Source: a virus
Taxonomy: Duplodnaviria; Caudoviricetes
DNA: 58,857 bases
Direction: 5' to 3' (one strand)
Virus record (IMG/VR): IMGVR_UViG_3300033067_001904
Location: 1-58,857 of that record
In this document: one piece after another, positions 34,922-44,735 of the stretch
How positions within the stretch are numbered: the first letter of the stretch is position 1
How the letters are laid out: the number at the start of each line of letters is the position of its first letter
Made by a program: the position numbers and the translations under genes
Notes under the pieces: generated by a model
Databases searched by the model: none
The model's input: the letters and a program-made list of their open reading frames with translations, nothing else
What the model was told of the DNA's origin: nothing

Positions 34922-37900
34922 TCAGTATCCTTTCACCGACCACGAAACATCACCGCTGGTGCGCGTGCCCGAAGTCGTGAACAACAAAATCTTGAATGAT
35001 GTGGGGTTGGGCACATCGGTGAAGTCGTACATCGCGATGACCGGCGTTGTGCCTTTTGGCGTCACCTCGATGCTCACCACATCCACGAACGGGATGTTGA
35101 AGTTCACAGTAGTGCCGCCTGAATCGGATGAACTGCACGTGGCGTTGCCTGCGTCGCTGATCAGCTTCGAATCGATCCGAAGGTTGATGCCAGCAATGCG
35201 ATAAAGCGTCGATGTGTCCGCGCCCGTTACCGTGATGCGGTACTTTACGTAGCGGAAGCTGGTGCCGAAAACCGATGTGGTGTTGTCGTAGTCCGTCCAT
35301 GTGCTGCCATTGGCGCTCAGGGAAATTTTCGTGGTGACGGCAACGCTGCCTGACACAGTGGAGCCGTTCACAGTAACGGTGATCTTCGAGCCTGATAGCA
35401 CGGCACCGGTATCCACCGTCTCTTCGTAGTAGCCGGTCGTGAGAGTGGGCTGAATGAAGATCGGGAAACCCGCAGAGACTTGCGCTTGCGGCGTACCCCA
35501 TGAGCGCGTGGTGAAGTGCTGCTCAAAGGATTCCGTCGTGTTCACGGGAAGCAGCCACGCACCATCGCCCGAGTCGGCCATGTTTACCTTGGTTCCTGCG
35601 AACGAGGTGAAGTTGTCCAGTTTCAGCACGTAATCGGGCGGCTGATTCACGGGCGTGCTCACGCTGCCAGCGATGCCGTAGTTGCCCGCCGTATCGACCG
35701 CAGCGATCCAATACTTGTAGGTTCCAGCTTGCGTCTCGAAAACGGTAGTGAACACGCCGCTCTTCGTGCCCACTACCGCACCATCCTCCCACGTTGCACC
35801 ACGGCGAATCTCATAGGTTGCAGTGGGCAACGATCCAGCCACATCGCTCCAAAAGAGCAGCACGTTGTTGTCCACCACCTGCGTGGTGACCGATGGCTCG
35901 CCCGCGAACTGCACGTTCGCCTCGACGTAGCCAATCGATCCAACATTTCGGTTCACATCCACGGCCTGCACGGCAAAGGTGCGAGAGCCGCCCCAATTTG
36001 CCTTTGTCGAAAACGTGGTGGCCTTGATCGAGCCAAGTGGCAGCAACAAGGTGCCGGTGCGCGTGGCCGATCCGACCACGGTGAGCGTGAAGGTGTTGGC
36101 CGTAACGGCAGTCACCGTAAATGATCCGTCGGACGGCGTGCTTCCGTCACTGCCCGTGAGAAAGTCGACCGAAATAACGCTCCCAACTACATAGCGGTGA
36201 TCGTTGATCGTTACGGTCACCGTTGTTCCGCTTTGCGCGTAGCTGCCAAAGATGCTCACGTTGTAGGCGTCGATTGGCAGCGGCGAAACCGGCGCACTCC
36301 AACGAAGCACGACCTGATCGCCCGAGAACGCCGAGGTGGGCGTGGGGGAGAGCGCGGCGGTGAGCGTGAAGCTCTGCGAGACGGCGTTCTGGGAATACAG
36401 GCCAATGCTGTCCACCGCCTTCACCAGCCACGTGGTCGTACCGGTTGCGATCAAGGCGACGCGCAGCGATGTGGATCGAGCGCGGCCAACAAAGGTGGAA
36501 GAGTCCCACGATGTTCCACGGCGCACTTCGTATTCAGCCAAATCAAGGTCAGGAACCGACGCCCACTGAAGCACAATCTGCTCGTTTTCAAGCGTTGCCG
36601 TCATGGTTTCTGGCGTGCTGGGTGGCGTGGTCTTGCCAATCACGGCGTGCGAGCCAATCGCGGTGTAGTCGCTCGCAGCGCCGTAGCGGCTCACGGCGCG
36701 AACGCGATACTCGTATTGGTTGCCAGCGATGACTGGCGAGAGGTAGATCGGGCTGTCTTTGGGCGTGGATCGCACGGCCCAGCTTCGCTCGCCCACTGCA
36801 CGCCACTGCGTTTCGTAGCTTTCCACGGCGGAAACCGAGGCCGAAGGCGAGTTCATGTCGATGGCGATTCGATCTTGCAGCGTGCCATCGGACAAGCGCA
36901 GCAAGACGGTTTCGTCCGAGCGCACATTGGCGATCGAAGGCGTATCAGGGCGCACTTGCTCGATTGGCGATTGCACCGTGATGTAGCTGGTGAACGGCGG
37001 GAATGGGCCAGTGTCTGCGGTGTAGACGCCGCTCTGTGCATCCACCAGCGTGAGGCGGGCAGTGAAGTCCGGCCCGTTCTCGATCCGCTTCACGATCATC
37101 GGTGCAGATTCGAGCGACGATTCGCCGAACATCACCAAATCGCCAGCGCGGATTTCGCTTGCCGCTGAAGTCACCTGCGTAGTGAAGGTAAGCACGCTCG
37201 AAAGCGTGTTGCCCGGGTTGCCCACGCCAACGAGGTGTGACACGCCCACCGAGTTGCGAACACGAACCGCATACGTCTTGCCAGCCTCGAACTGCATCTG
37301 GTCTTCGAGCGTGATGCTGGTGATGTAGCCGTAGATATCGATCGTGAGCGACACGATCCGGCTGGTTCCAAGGCCAATCGAGATCGCGTCGTGCGAGAAC
37401 CGAACGAGATCGCCCTGCGTGCATCGAACGGCCTCCACATCCATGTTCACAATGTGCTCTTCGGGGCGCAGGCGACCGGCAGCGAGAAGGTACCGGCCCT
37501 CGCGCCATGCCTGAGATGAAGAGGTGCATCCGGGCAACTCGAGCGTTTCGAACTTGCTCGCGTTCGCGGCGGAATAGCCATCGTCGTACACGATGACCTC
37601 GTCCTCCTGATACCCGCCGTTGGCGTTCACGAACTGCACGCGCAGCGCATGGGGGTAATCGAGGAAGTCCTTCTTGCCTTGGTAGCCCCATGAGTTGCGC
37701 GGCGTGATGTGCTGCACCGGCACGGTTTGCTGCACCTCGCGAACCACGGAATACTTGCCGTCGCGAATCGTGAACGAAGCACGGGCGTGCGCGGCGATCT
37801 GTCGGAGGGCGGCAAACACCGAGCCACCCTCTATCACGCCGTCGAAGTTCCACAGGCTTTCACCAGCAATGCTCGAGTAGTAGGCGCACGCAAGTCCCCA

Positions 37901-39370
37901 CGCTCGGATCGCGTTGAGATCGATGCGGCTGTCGGCCACGATCTGCTCAGGGCCTCGGAAGCGCAGAACATGGGCATAGGCCCATGCCGGGTTACGGCTG
38001 ATCTCCCACGCCCACGTTGATCCGTTGTAGACCGGCAAGTAGCTCTCGGCGATGCAGTTGATCGTGTTGGGTACCCCGTTCAACTGGCCCGAGGCCTTCA
38101 TGCGAATGGCGATCAGCGCAAGACCGGGTTGCTGGATCGGGTTCGATGGCTGCACGCTGCGAAGCACCGTCCAGTAGGCGGTTTCAACGTAGCGACTGCC
38201 GCGCTCGGTCGTGCTCTTGCGAACACGCACTTCCCACTGGCCTGCGCCGCCCGTGCTGAAGCGGCCCGAAACCCGCACCGCAGAGGTGTCGGAGGCTGAA
38301 ACGGAAATCTGGCCCGGGGTGCCAAAGCCAGTCTCACCAGAATTCAGCCAAGTGGGCGAAACAAAGCTGCCAACGCCAGCCTGCCGGAACTGCACCTCGA
38401 AGTTGACCGTGATCGAATCGCGGCCACCGTTGTCGTTGAAGAACGCAAGGCCCGACGGAAACGAGATATCGAGGATTACCTCGTTCGTGTTCGTGTCAGT
38501 GGTGCGCGTGCTCCACCCAGCGTCAGCCTCGGTGAGCTTCGGAAGCAGCACCGAGAATTGCTGCTCGGTGACGGTGCGCGTGAACTTAGTGAGGGGCGCA
38601 TCGATATCCCAGCCCTCGCGCACTTCGTATTCCACCCCATCGAAGGCCTCGAGCGGTGTCTCACCGATTCGGAGTGCGCTGATCTTCAGCGGCCCCCAGC
38701 CCACGACAAGTGCGATCCGCAGGTACTCATCGTTGCCCTGAATCTCGGAGTAGGGGCGAGCGGCCATCATCGGGTACACCCGACGCTTGCCAAACACACG
38801 GGGGATCGGGGCGTATGGCTCGAATCGGTTCTGTGTGCCCGTGAGTTGGTAGCGCGGCGTGCCAAGGCTTCCAAACTCGGGGCTGGTGGGTTGCTGAGGC
38901 GGGATCAGGGCATTCAATGCCATGTTGCCCAGCAAGGCCACGCCCGTTGCGACCAGCGCGGTGCCAACGGCCCCGGCGTAGGCTCCTGTGATCCCAATCG
39001 CGTTGGCGAATTGCAGTCCGTAAAGCTGGCCCGTGGCGATCGCTGCCACGGCGATCGCAATCGAGAGCACGGTGCGAAGAATCTTGTTGCCGCCGCCACC
39101 CTGCGCGATCACGCGCACGTAGACCGTGCGGCCTTCCTTGGGCTTTACACGGCCCCAGAATTCGGCAGGCACCTCGAAATCATCGACCCACACGCGCACG
39201 TACTGCTGCACCACGACGGGCAACTCGAGCGCCTCGAGAATCTCACGGATCGTGCGGCCCTGCGGCGTGATGCCGGTGGCGTATGCGTTGGAAAAGGCGT
39301 GGGGCTGGCAAACGACCGGCAGGCCCCCGTTGGGAGCCTCGTCTTTGATCAGTTCGGTCGTATGCTGCAT
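34922..39370 (-). CDS. Tail tip/host-specificity protein J with gpI-like N-terminus and FN3 repeats
   Basis: QGGGG + TM-like segment, PIPRVFG, SRNPAW, FN3 W..YEVR repeats. Confidence 0.9.
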   Translation of the reverse strand: MQHTTELIKDEAPNGGLPVVCQPHAFSNAYATGITPQGRTIREILEALELPVVVQQYVRVWVDDFEVPAEFWGRVKPKEGRTVYVRVIAQGGGGNKILRTVLSIAIAVAAIATGQLYGLQFANAIGITGAYAGAVGTALVATGVALLGNMALNALIPPQQPTSPEFGSLGTPRYQLTGTQNRFEPYAPIPRVFGKRRVYPMMAARPYSEIQGNDEYLRIALVVGWGPLKISALRIGETPLEAFDGVEYEVREGWDIDAPLTKFTRTVTEQQFSVLLPKLTEADAGWSTRTTDTNTNEVILDISFPSGLAFFNDNGGRDSITVNFEVQFRQAGVGSFVSPTWLNSGETGFGTPGQISVSASDTSAVRVSGRFSTGGAGQWEVRVRKSTTERGSRYVETAYWTVLRSVQPSNPIQQPGLALIAIRMKASGQLNGVPNTINCIAESYLPVYNGSTWAWEISRNPAWAYAHVLRFRGPEQIVADSRIDLNAIRAWGLACAYYSSIAGESLWNFDGVIEGGSVFAALRQIAAHARASFTIRDGKYSVVREVQQTVPVQHITPRNSWGYQGKKDFLDYPHALRVQFVNANGGYQEDEVIVYDDGYSAANASKFETLELPGCTSSSQAWREGRYLLAAGRLRPEEHIVNMDVEAVRCTQGDLVRFSHDAISIGLGTSRIVSLTIDIYGYITSITLEDQMQFEAGKTYAVRVRNSVGVSHLVGVGNPGNTLSSVLTFTTQVTSAASEIRAGDLVMFGESSLESAPMIVKRIENGPDFTARLTLVDAQSGVYTADTGPFPPFTSYITVQSPIEQVRPDTPSIANVRSDETVLLRLSDGTLQDRIAIDMNSPSASVSAVESYETQWRAVGERSWAVRSTPKDSPIYLSPVIAGNQYEYRVRAVSRYGAASDYTAIGSHAVIGKTTPPSTPETMTATLENEQIVLQWASVPDLDLAEYEVRRGTSWDSSTFVGRARSTSLRVALIATGTTTWLVKAVDSIGLYSQNAVSQSFTLTAALSPTPTSAFSGDQVVLRWSAPVSPLPIDAYNVSIFGSYAQSGTTVTVTINDHRYVVGSVISVDFLTGSDGSTPSDGSFTVTAVTANTFTLTVVGSATRTGTLLLPLGSIKATTFSTKANWGGSRTFAVQAVDVNRNVGSIGYVEANVQFAGEPSVTTQVVDNNVLLFWSDVAGSLPTATYEIRRGATWEDGAVVGTKSGVFTTVFETQAGTYKYWIAAVDTAGNYGIAGSVSTPVNQPPDYVLKLDNFTSFAGTKVNMADSGDGAWLLPVNTTESFEQHFTTRSWGTPQAQVSAGFPIFIQPTLTTGYYEETVDTGAVLSGSKITVTVNGSTVSGSVAVTTKISLSANGSTWTDYDNTTSVFGTSFRYVKYRITVTGADTSTLYRIAGINLRIDSKLISDAGNATCSSSDSGGTTVNFNIPFVDVVSIEVTPKGTTPVIAMYDFTDVPNPTSFKILLFTTSGTRTSGDVSWSVKGY

Positions 39371-39371
39371 G

Positions 39372-39779
39372 TCAGGCCAAGTAACGGTAGAAGCCAAGAA
39401 CCCGCTTTTCCCACTCGGGCCTGCGGTACTGCTCGAGGCAGGCGTCGGCACCTTCGTGGGCGTGGATCATCCAGCCGGGTTCCACCACCATTCCCACGTG
39501 GAGTGGATGGCCTCTCATTCTAATGAGAACCCCGTCACCAAGCCGCTCTTGGCCGGGTGCGACGGGTTCGAACATGCTGGCGTAGGAAGCGGCCCCGGGG
39601 CCTACCTCACCGGCCTTGCCGCCGTGCTCCCAGCGCTTGCCGGTGTACTCAGGCAAGGGCGTGCCCAACTGCTCGGCGTAGATCAGGGCCAAAAGCCCCC
39701 AGCAATCGCACCCGTCCCTATCACGACCGTTTTCGCGGTAGGGGATGCCGATGTAGGTGTTCACCCAGCCCGGGATCAT
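39372..39779 (-). CDS. NlpC/P60 tail assembly protein
   Basis: YIGIPY...GRD..GCDCWGL, HVGM, IHA. Confidence 0.9.
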   Translation of the reverse strand: MIPGWVNTYIGIPYRENGRDRDGCDCWGLLALIYAEQLGTPLPEYTGKRWEHGGKAGEVGPGAASYASMFEPVAPGQERLGDGVLIRMRGHPLHVGMVVEPGWMIHAHEGADACLEQYRRPEWEKRVLGFYRYLA

Positions 39780-40249
39780 CAGAACATCCCCGGGAAACGA
39801 CTTGGCGTCATGGTGAGCGTGACCGGCTCGGTGTAGATCGAGTCGAACGTGAGTTCACCCGAAACCGTGCTGGTGTCGTATTGCGCGTTCCTCAGCGTCA
39901 TGTTCGTGAAACTCACCTCCACCGTGTTGGGGGCCGACGCCAGAATTACCTCGAGCGTTACCGTTGGTGGGGCCGTGATCGAGCGGATGGTTTGCACCAC
40001 GCGCCGATCCACGTTGTCGATTCGCAGCATCGCCTTGGGCGGCTGATCGGGGTCTTCCCCGGGCAACTCCACCTCGAACGGGAATGCGAGGAACGTGCTT
40101 CCTCGGCTCACCACATCCTCGTTGTTGTTCACAAGCCGGATCGGAGTGGCGAGCGTCGGATGAGAAAGCGTGAGCAACACCAGCCAAACCTCGCCGGTTG
40201 CCTGCGCGTTCATCGACGCCAGTGCGGCATTCGATAGGGTGCGCGGCAT
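39779..40249 (-). CDS. DUF1833-like minor tail protein
   Basis: LLTLSHP....IRLV, FPF...LP, L.IDNV, TP..FPG.F. Confidence 0.85.
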   Translation of the reverse strand: MPRTLSNAALASMNAQATGEVWLVLLTLSHPTLATPIRLVNNNEDVVSRGSTFLAFPFEVELPGEDPDQPPKAMLRIDNVDRRVVQTIRSITAPPTVTLEVILASAPNTVEVSFTNMTLRNAQYDTSTVSGELTFDSIYTEPVTLTMTPSRFPGMF

Positions 40250-40605
40250 TACACGGTCTCCATCGTGAAGGACACGATCGAATCAGCGCCGCCAACGCTG
40301 GTGTACGACGGGGCAGGCTTGCGGAAGCGAAACGAGGTGGCCGATCTGGTGAGGGGATGCACCCAATCGAAGGGCAGGGAGCCACCCAAAAGGGTGTCCT
40401 GCCAGAAGCCCTCGAAGGTGGCCTTCTCTGCAACCGTGAGGCGCATCTGCACCGTGAACGTGCGAATCTGCTTCGTGTAGCGACGGCGAATCTTGGGCGT
40501 ACCAACTTCGACGCTGCTCTCGAGCGTTTGATCATTCAGCTTTTCGGTGTAGCCCTGCTCGAACACGTATGCAGGCAGGGTTCCGGGCCATGTGGCGTTG
40601 GGCAT
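40249..40605 (-). CDS. Distal tail protein
   Basis: WP..LP, G.PK.RRR, FW..TL.GG.LPF.W..P; follows tape measure. Confidence 0.85.
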   Translation of the reverse strand: MPNATWPGTLPAYVFEQGYTEKLNDQTLESSVEVGTPKIRRRYTKQIRTFTVQMRLTVAEKATFEGFWQDTLLGGSLPFDWVHPLTRSATSFRFRKPAPSYTSVGGADSIVSFTMETV

Positions 40606-43600
40606 TTACTTCCTCGCAATCTGTCGGGTTGTGCCGAAGTTGGCCTGCATGGTTCGATCGAACTCACCTGCGGCCATCGAGCGGCGAATCTCGTCGCGCA
40701 CCATGATCTGCACTTGGCGCATACCACCGGGGCCGGTCGTGCTGGTGGCCTCCACGGGGGAGCTGTCCTTGCCCGAGCGCATGTCGTTCACGATGATCTG
40801 CACATCGCCACCACCGCCGCCACCGGACACGCCCAAGCGGCCATCCGGGCCACGGCGCAGCGGCATGATCGCTTCGGGGCCTGCCTCGCCCATCATCCCC
40901 ATCGCGCCACCGTTGGCGAACTTGAAGAGCGTGGGGCTGGACACGATCGAGTTGGTGAACACGCCGCCGTTGGCGAAGGCGCGAATGCCACCCGACCCAA
41001 AGGCCATGCCGTTTGCGGCCAGATTCCCGGCGATCGGCATCGAGCCTGCGTCCGTGAAGCCACCGCCGCCACCGCCACCGCCCAAGCCGCCAAGGCCGAG
41101 GTACTGGCTCAAGCCCATCTTCGCGGCGTTCACGGCCAGCGTCATGAGCGGCTTGATAGCGATCTCATAGGTCATTTCAGCCCCGGCACGCACGGCCATG
41201 TCGCCAATCGAGCCGAAGAATTGCTTGGCCGAGAACTCGCCCGTCTTGAAGGCCTGCACCCACGCATCGGTGAAGCTGCTCTTGATGCCCGAGGCCACGT
41301 TGTCGATCGAGCCGTAGAGCGATTCAACGAGGGCGCGTTGACGATCGTAGGCAACGTTCTGGCGTGCCAGTTGCTCGGTGAGAGCCACCTGAGTGTCGTA
41401 CTGCACTTGGCCCGCTTGCAGGCCTTGCTGCTCGAGTTGAAGCTGTTTTTCGAGGATGGCCGTCTGCACGCGCAACTCTTCGGGCGGCAAACCGATCAGC
41501 CCCGCACGGCGTTGGCCGCTGGTGATCTGACGGGTGAGGCCCCGCACCTCGTTCGAGCGATCGGCATCGAACTGTGCTGAATCCTGTTGGCGCATCTCTG
41601 ACGCAAGCTGATCGCCGTAGGTGAGGCGGGCCTGCGGCGAGAGGTTGCGTTGCGATGCCCGGATGTTGAACTCAAGCTGGGCGAGTTGGCGCTGGCGATC
41701 GCTGCCCGTCGAGCCGCCAAGAATCCGTTGCAGTTCGGTGTTCTGTTGGATGCCTGCGATCTGGTTCTGCGCGGTCAAGGCCTCGGCGGCGTTGAACTTG
41801 TCGATCTCGCTCCCAAAGGTGCCGGGGCGCAGGCGATCGGCCTCAGTGGCCCGCATGGTGGCTGCAATCGAGCGTTGCAGGCCTGAGTTGCCCGCTGCAC
41901 CCCCTTGGGCCTTGCTGATCGCGGCATCGAGCGCGTTGGCGTAGTTGGCTTGAGCGGCGGCGGCTGCGTCGGCTGCAACCTTCTGCTCCCGCATGGCGAT
42001 GGTGAGCTTGCCGAAGAAGCCGTCGATCACGGGCGACTTGAGATCGCCAAACATCTGGAAGCGCTTGAGCAAGAGATCGTTGCTGATCTCCAACTCACGG
42101 GTTTGCTCACGGGTGCCGCCCACGGCAGCGGCGAGCGCCGTCTGTTGCTGCACCTGAATGCCCAGCGTGCGAATCTGATCGCTGCCCTTGAGCACCTCCT
42201 GATTGATCAGGATGCCCAGAGCACCGCCACCGTCAACGCCCGTGCTTCGCATCGATTCTGCGAGCTTCTGGGCTTGCTGGATCAGTGCGGTGGCACCGCC
42301 GCCGCCGCCCTGCGAGATCGCAGCACTGAGCTTGCCAAAATCCTCGGCCAGCCCAGCGACGGGCGTGCGGGTGTCATCGAGTTGCTTCTTCGCAATCGTG
42401 AGCGTGCGGTTGAACTGGTCGAGTTGTTTGGTTTCGGCCTCGGTGAGCAAAGGCTTGGCCTGAAGCGCGGAGATGCCGGTTTCGAGCGACTTGATGTTGG
42501 CTGTGATTGCCGTGATCTTGGATGCGCGATCGTCCAAGTCCTTGGCGATCGAGCTTGCATCGAGGATCGGCTTGTTCTGTTTGATCAGTGCCTCTTGGGC
42601 GGTGTCGTTCTCCATCGTGCGGAGATCACGACGGGCCTGATCCTGAATGCGTTCGCGCTCGGCCTTGATCTCGGCGAGGCGAGCGGAGCGATCCACGATG
42701 GCGAAGCGATTGATATCGCTTTCTTCCTGATTCAGCGCGGCAAGGCGAGCGCCCGGGCTGTTGTCAGGCATCGCGCCGCGCACCGAGTTGATGGCGCTTC
42801 GGGCCATCTTCGCGATGCCCTGCACCCAATCGCTCGAGTTCGTTTGCTTTCCAATGTCGGCGAGCAACTGGCCCCACGCATCGCTCACCTTCTGGAACTC
42901 ACGCTCGGCGGTGTTCGGGAGCGTCTTGAACTCTTGATTCACCTTGTCGGACTGCGAGAGGATGGCGGCGAACACCTTTGAGCCGGTGAGTTCGCCTGCG
43001 GCACCCATCGCACGCATCTCGCCCACCGACTTGCCCAGCCCGTCGGCGATCGCCTTGGCGAGCGCGGGCAGGTTCTCCATGATCGAGCGCAGTTCGTCGC
43101 CGTTCAAACGCCCCGAGGCCAGCGCCTGCGACAACTGGATCATGCCGCTGGCGATCTCGCCCCGGCCTGCGCCCGAGATCAGGCCCAGCTTCTGCACTGT
43201 TTCCGAGAGGTTCTGGATTTCGCCCCGGGTAGCGCCCAGCGCGTCGGAGTTGCGGGCCAGCCGCAGGAAGGAATCGGCGGCAGCGGTGAAGCCGGTACCG
43301 GTTTCCTGCGTGCTCTTGTAGAGCGACTGCATGGCATCGCGTGCGGCGTAGGTGGAGCCGAGCGCGTTCTTGAGCCGAGCCTCCATCAAAGCCGAGTCGT
43401 CGGCGAACTTGGCGAGTGCGGCAGCGGCGTCGTAGGTTTGCTTGCCCACCACGCCCACGGCAACCGCCGTGGCCCCCAGAATGAGGCCCGTGGGGCCGAG
43501 TACGGAGGCCATGCGCCCGAAGCCGCCTGCGGCCACCTCCAAGGCGCTGCCAAGGCCCCCACCGCCCCCGCCACCACTGCCCAGCGCCCCGCTCATGGCT

Positions 43601-43878
43601 GCGGCGGCGTTCGTTGCCCCGCCCATCGCGCTGGTCATGCGGCCAATGTCGGAGGCGAACTGTTGCGCCCCTTGGTTCTGTGCAGCGGCTTGCTGCGTTT
43701 TCTTGATCGCGTCCTCGAGCTTCTTTTGCTGGTCGGTGGCGAGAGCCGATTTCTGGCTCAGGGCTTGCTCGGCGTCCCCGAGCTTGCCGATGGCTTGGGC
43801 AGCATCCGCCGCAGCCAGCTTCGCATTCGCGAGCGGCCTCGTATCGATATCAAACCCAAGGTGAAATTGCTCGGCCAT
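40606..43878 (-). CDS. Tape measure protein
   Basis: QLSQALASG.L.GDELRSI.EN motif; C-terminal FANGG...MGEAGPEAIMPL. Confidence 0.95.
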   Translation of the reverse strand: MAEQFHLGFDIDTRPLANAKLAAADAAQAIGKLGDAEQALSQKSALATDQQKKLEDAIKKTQQAAAQNQGAQQFASDIGRMTSAMGGATNAAAAMSGALGSGGGGGGGLGSALEVAAGGFGRMASVLGPTGLILGATAVAVGVVGKQTYDAAAALAKFADDSALMEARLKNALGSTYAARDAMQSLYKSTQETGTGFTAAADSFLRLARNSDALGATRGEIQNLSETVQKLGLISGAGRGEIASGMIQLSQALASGRLNGDELRSIMENLPALAKAIADGLGKSVGEMRAMGAAGELTGSKVFAAILSQSDKVNQEFKTLPNTAEREFQKVSDAWGQLLADIGKQTNSSDWVQGIAKMARSAINSVRGAMPDNSPGARLAALNQEESDINRFAIVDRSARLAEIKAERERIQDQARRDLRTMENDTAQEALIKQNKPILDASSIAKDLDDRASKITAITANIKSLETGISALQAKPLLTEAETKQLDQFNRTLTIAKKQLDDTRTPVAGLAEDFGKLSAAISQGGGGGATALIQQAQKLAESMRSTGVDGGGALGILINQEVLKGSDQIRTLGIQVQQQTALAAAVGGTREQTRELEISNDLLLKRFQMFGDLKSPVIDGFFGKLTIAMREQKVAADAAAAAQANYANALDAAISKAQGGAAGNSGLQRSIAATMRATEADRLRPGTFGSEIDKFNAAEALTAQNQIAGIQQNTELQRILGGSTGSDRQRQLAQLEFNIRASQRNLSPQARLTYGDQLASEMRQQDSAQFDADRSNEVRGLTRQITSGQRRAGLIGLPPEELRVQTAILEKQLQLEQQGLQAGQVQYDTQVALTEQLARQNVAYDRQRALVESLYGSIDNVASGIKSSFTDAWVQAFKTGEFSAKQFFGSIGDMAVRAGAEMTYEIAIKPLMTLAVNAAKMGLSQYLGLGGLGGGGGGGGFTDAGSMPIAGNLAANGMAFGSGGIRAFANGGVFTNSIVSSPTLFKFANGGAMGMMGEAGPEAIMPLRRGPDGRLGVSGGGGGGDVQIIVNDMRSGKDSSPVEATSTTGPGGMRQVQIMVRDEIRRSMAAGEFDRTMQANFGTTRQIARK

Positions 43879-43890
43879 GCGACGCTCCTG

Positions 43891-44237
43891 TCATTCCTGT
43901 GTGGATTCTAAGTAGGCGTCGTCCAGCAAACCGATCACATCGACCTCCCAAGGCTCCAGTGCCACCCTACTTAGGCGGCACCATGCCTCGATCTCGGTGA
44001 ACTGAATGGGGTTCACCCCCATCCCGCCTGCGCTGCGTGCCCGGTGCAGTGAGAGGAATGTCCACCACAGGGGCCGCATCTCGGGTGGCAGCGGGGGCGC
44101 TTCGTTCTTCGCCGCCATGCCCTTGGCTCGGGCCACTGCGGCGTAGTGATCAGCTACCGCGCTTCCATCCTTGGCTCGCTTTCCGAGACCGAACTGGTAC
44201 TTCGCGAAATCGATCAGGCTTTGGACGACGCCTGCAA
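43891..44237 (-). CDS. Tail chaperone, -1 frameshift extension (gpT-like)
   Basis: Open -1 frame from the slippery site: FAGVVQSLIDFAKYQF...PI.F.EI.AW...LD..YL. Confidence 0.8.
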
Positions 44238-44651
44238 AAAATTTGATCGCTCGCTGATGAAGTAATCGACCTGTTCGCGCACCACCGGGTAGTTCTCGAA
44301 GAGCTTCAGAGCGTTCTCAGGGGTGCATGGAATGGCTTTCCCAGCCTTGTCCAGCACGCCCGTCCAGCCCACGGTGCAGTGCGCGAGGATTTCCATCGCA
44401 TCGCGGTCGTTCTCATCCATATCGGCATCGGTCACTTCCGTTTGCCCTGCGGCCCGCTTGGCGAGGCGCTTGCGGATTTGGGCACGCGAGAGGGAGCGGT
44501 ACTTGCCGCTGTCCGGGCCGAGAACTTTGATGCTCACCACATCGCCGTTTGCCGCCTTGAGCGGCTCGTTCGAGTTGAGCTTCTTGATCACCACATCCAC
44601 GCCCGCTTCAGAGAGTGTTTTGGTGTCGATACCGTCGAGTGCGAATTCCAT
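44214..44651 (-). CDS. Tail assembly chaperone (gpG-like)
   Basis: Lies between tube and tape measure; LGPDS, T.GW.G, ends with A AAT TTT TTG slippery site. Confidence 0.88.
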   Translation of the reverse strand: MEFALDGIDTKTLSEAGVDVVIKKLNSNEPLKAANGDVVSIKVLGPDSGKYRSLSRAQIRKRLAKRAAGQTEVTDADMDENDRDAMEILAHCTVGWTGVLDKAGKAIPCTPENALKLFENYPVVREQVDYFISERSNFLQASSKA

Positions 44652-44683
44652 GTCGTTAGCTTTCAAGTGGAACATTGAAGTGA

Positions 44684-44714
44684 AAAGGGGCGGCGGCTAT
44701 CAACCACCGCCCCC
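44684..44714 (-). terminator. Terminator after the tail tube gene
   Basis: GGGGCGGTGG-loop-CCGCCGCCCC followed by TTTT on minus. Confidence 0.7.
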
Positions 44715-44735
44715 GTGGGATCGTGTAAGGCGGGC

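Noticed and set aside
39372-39779. NlpC/P60 gene as the endolysin
   Set aside because: Its position between DUF1833 and J marks it as the tail-tip assembly protein
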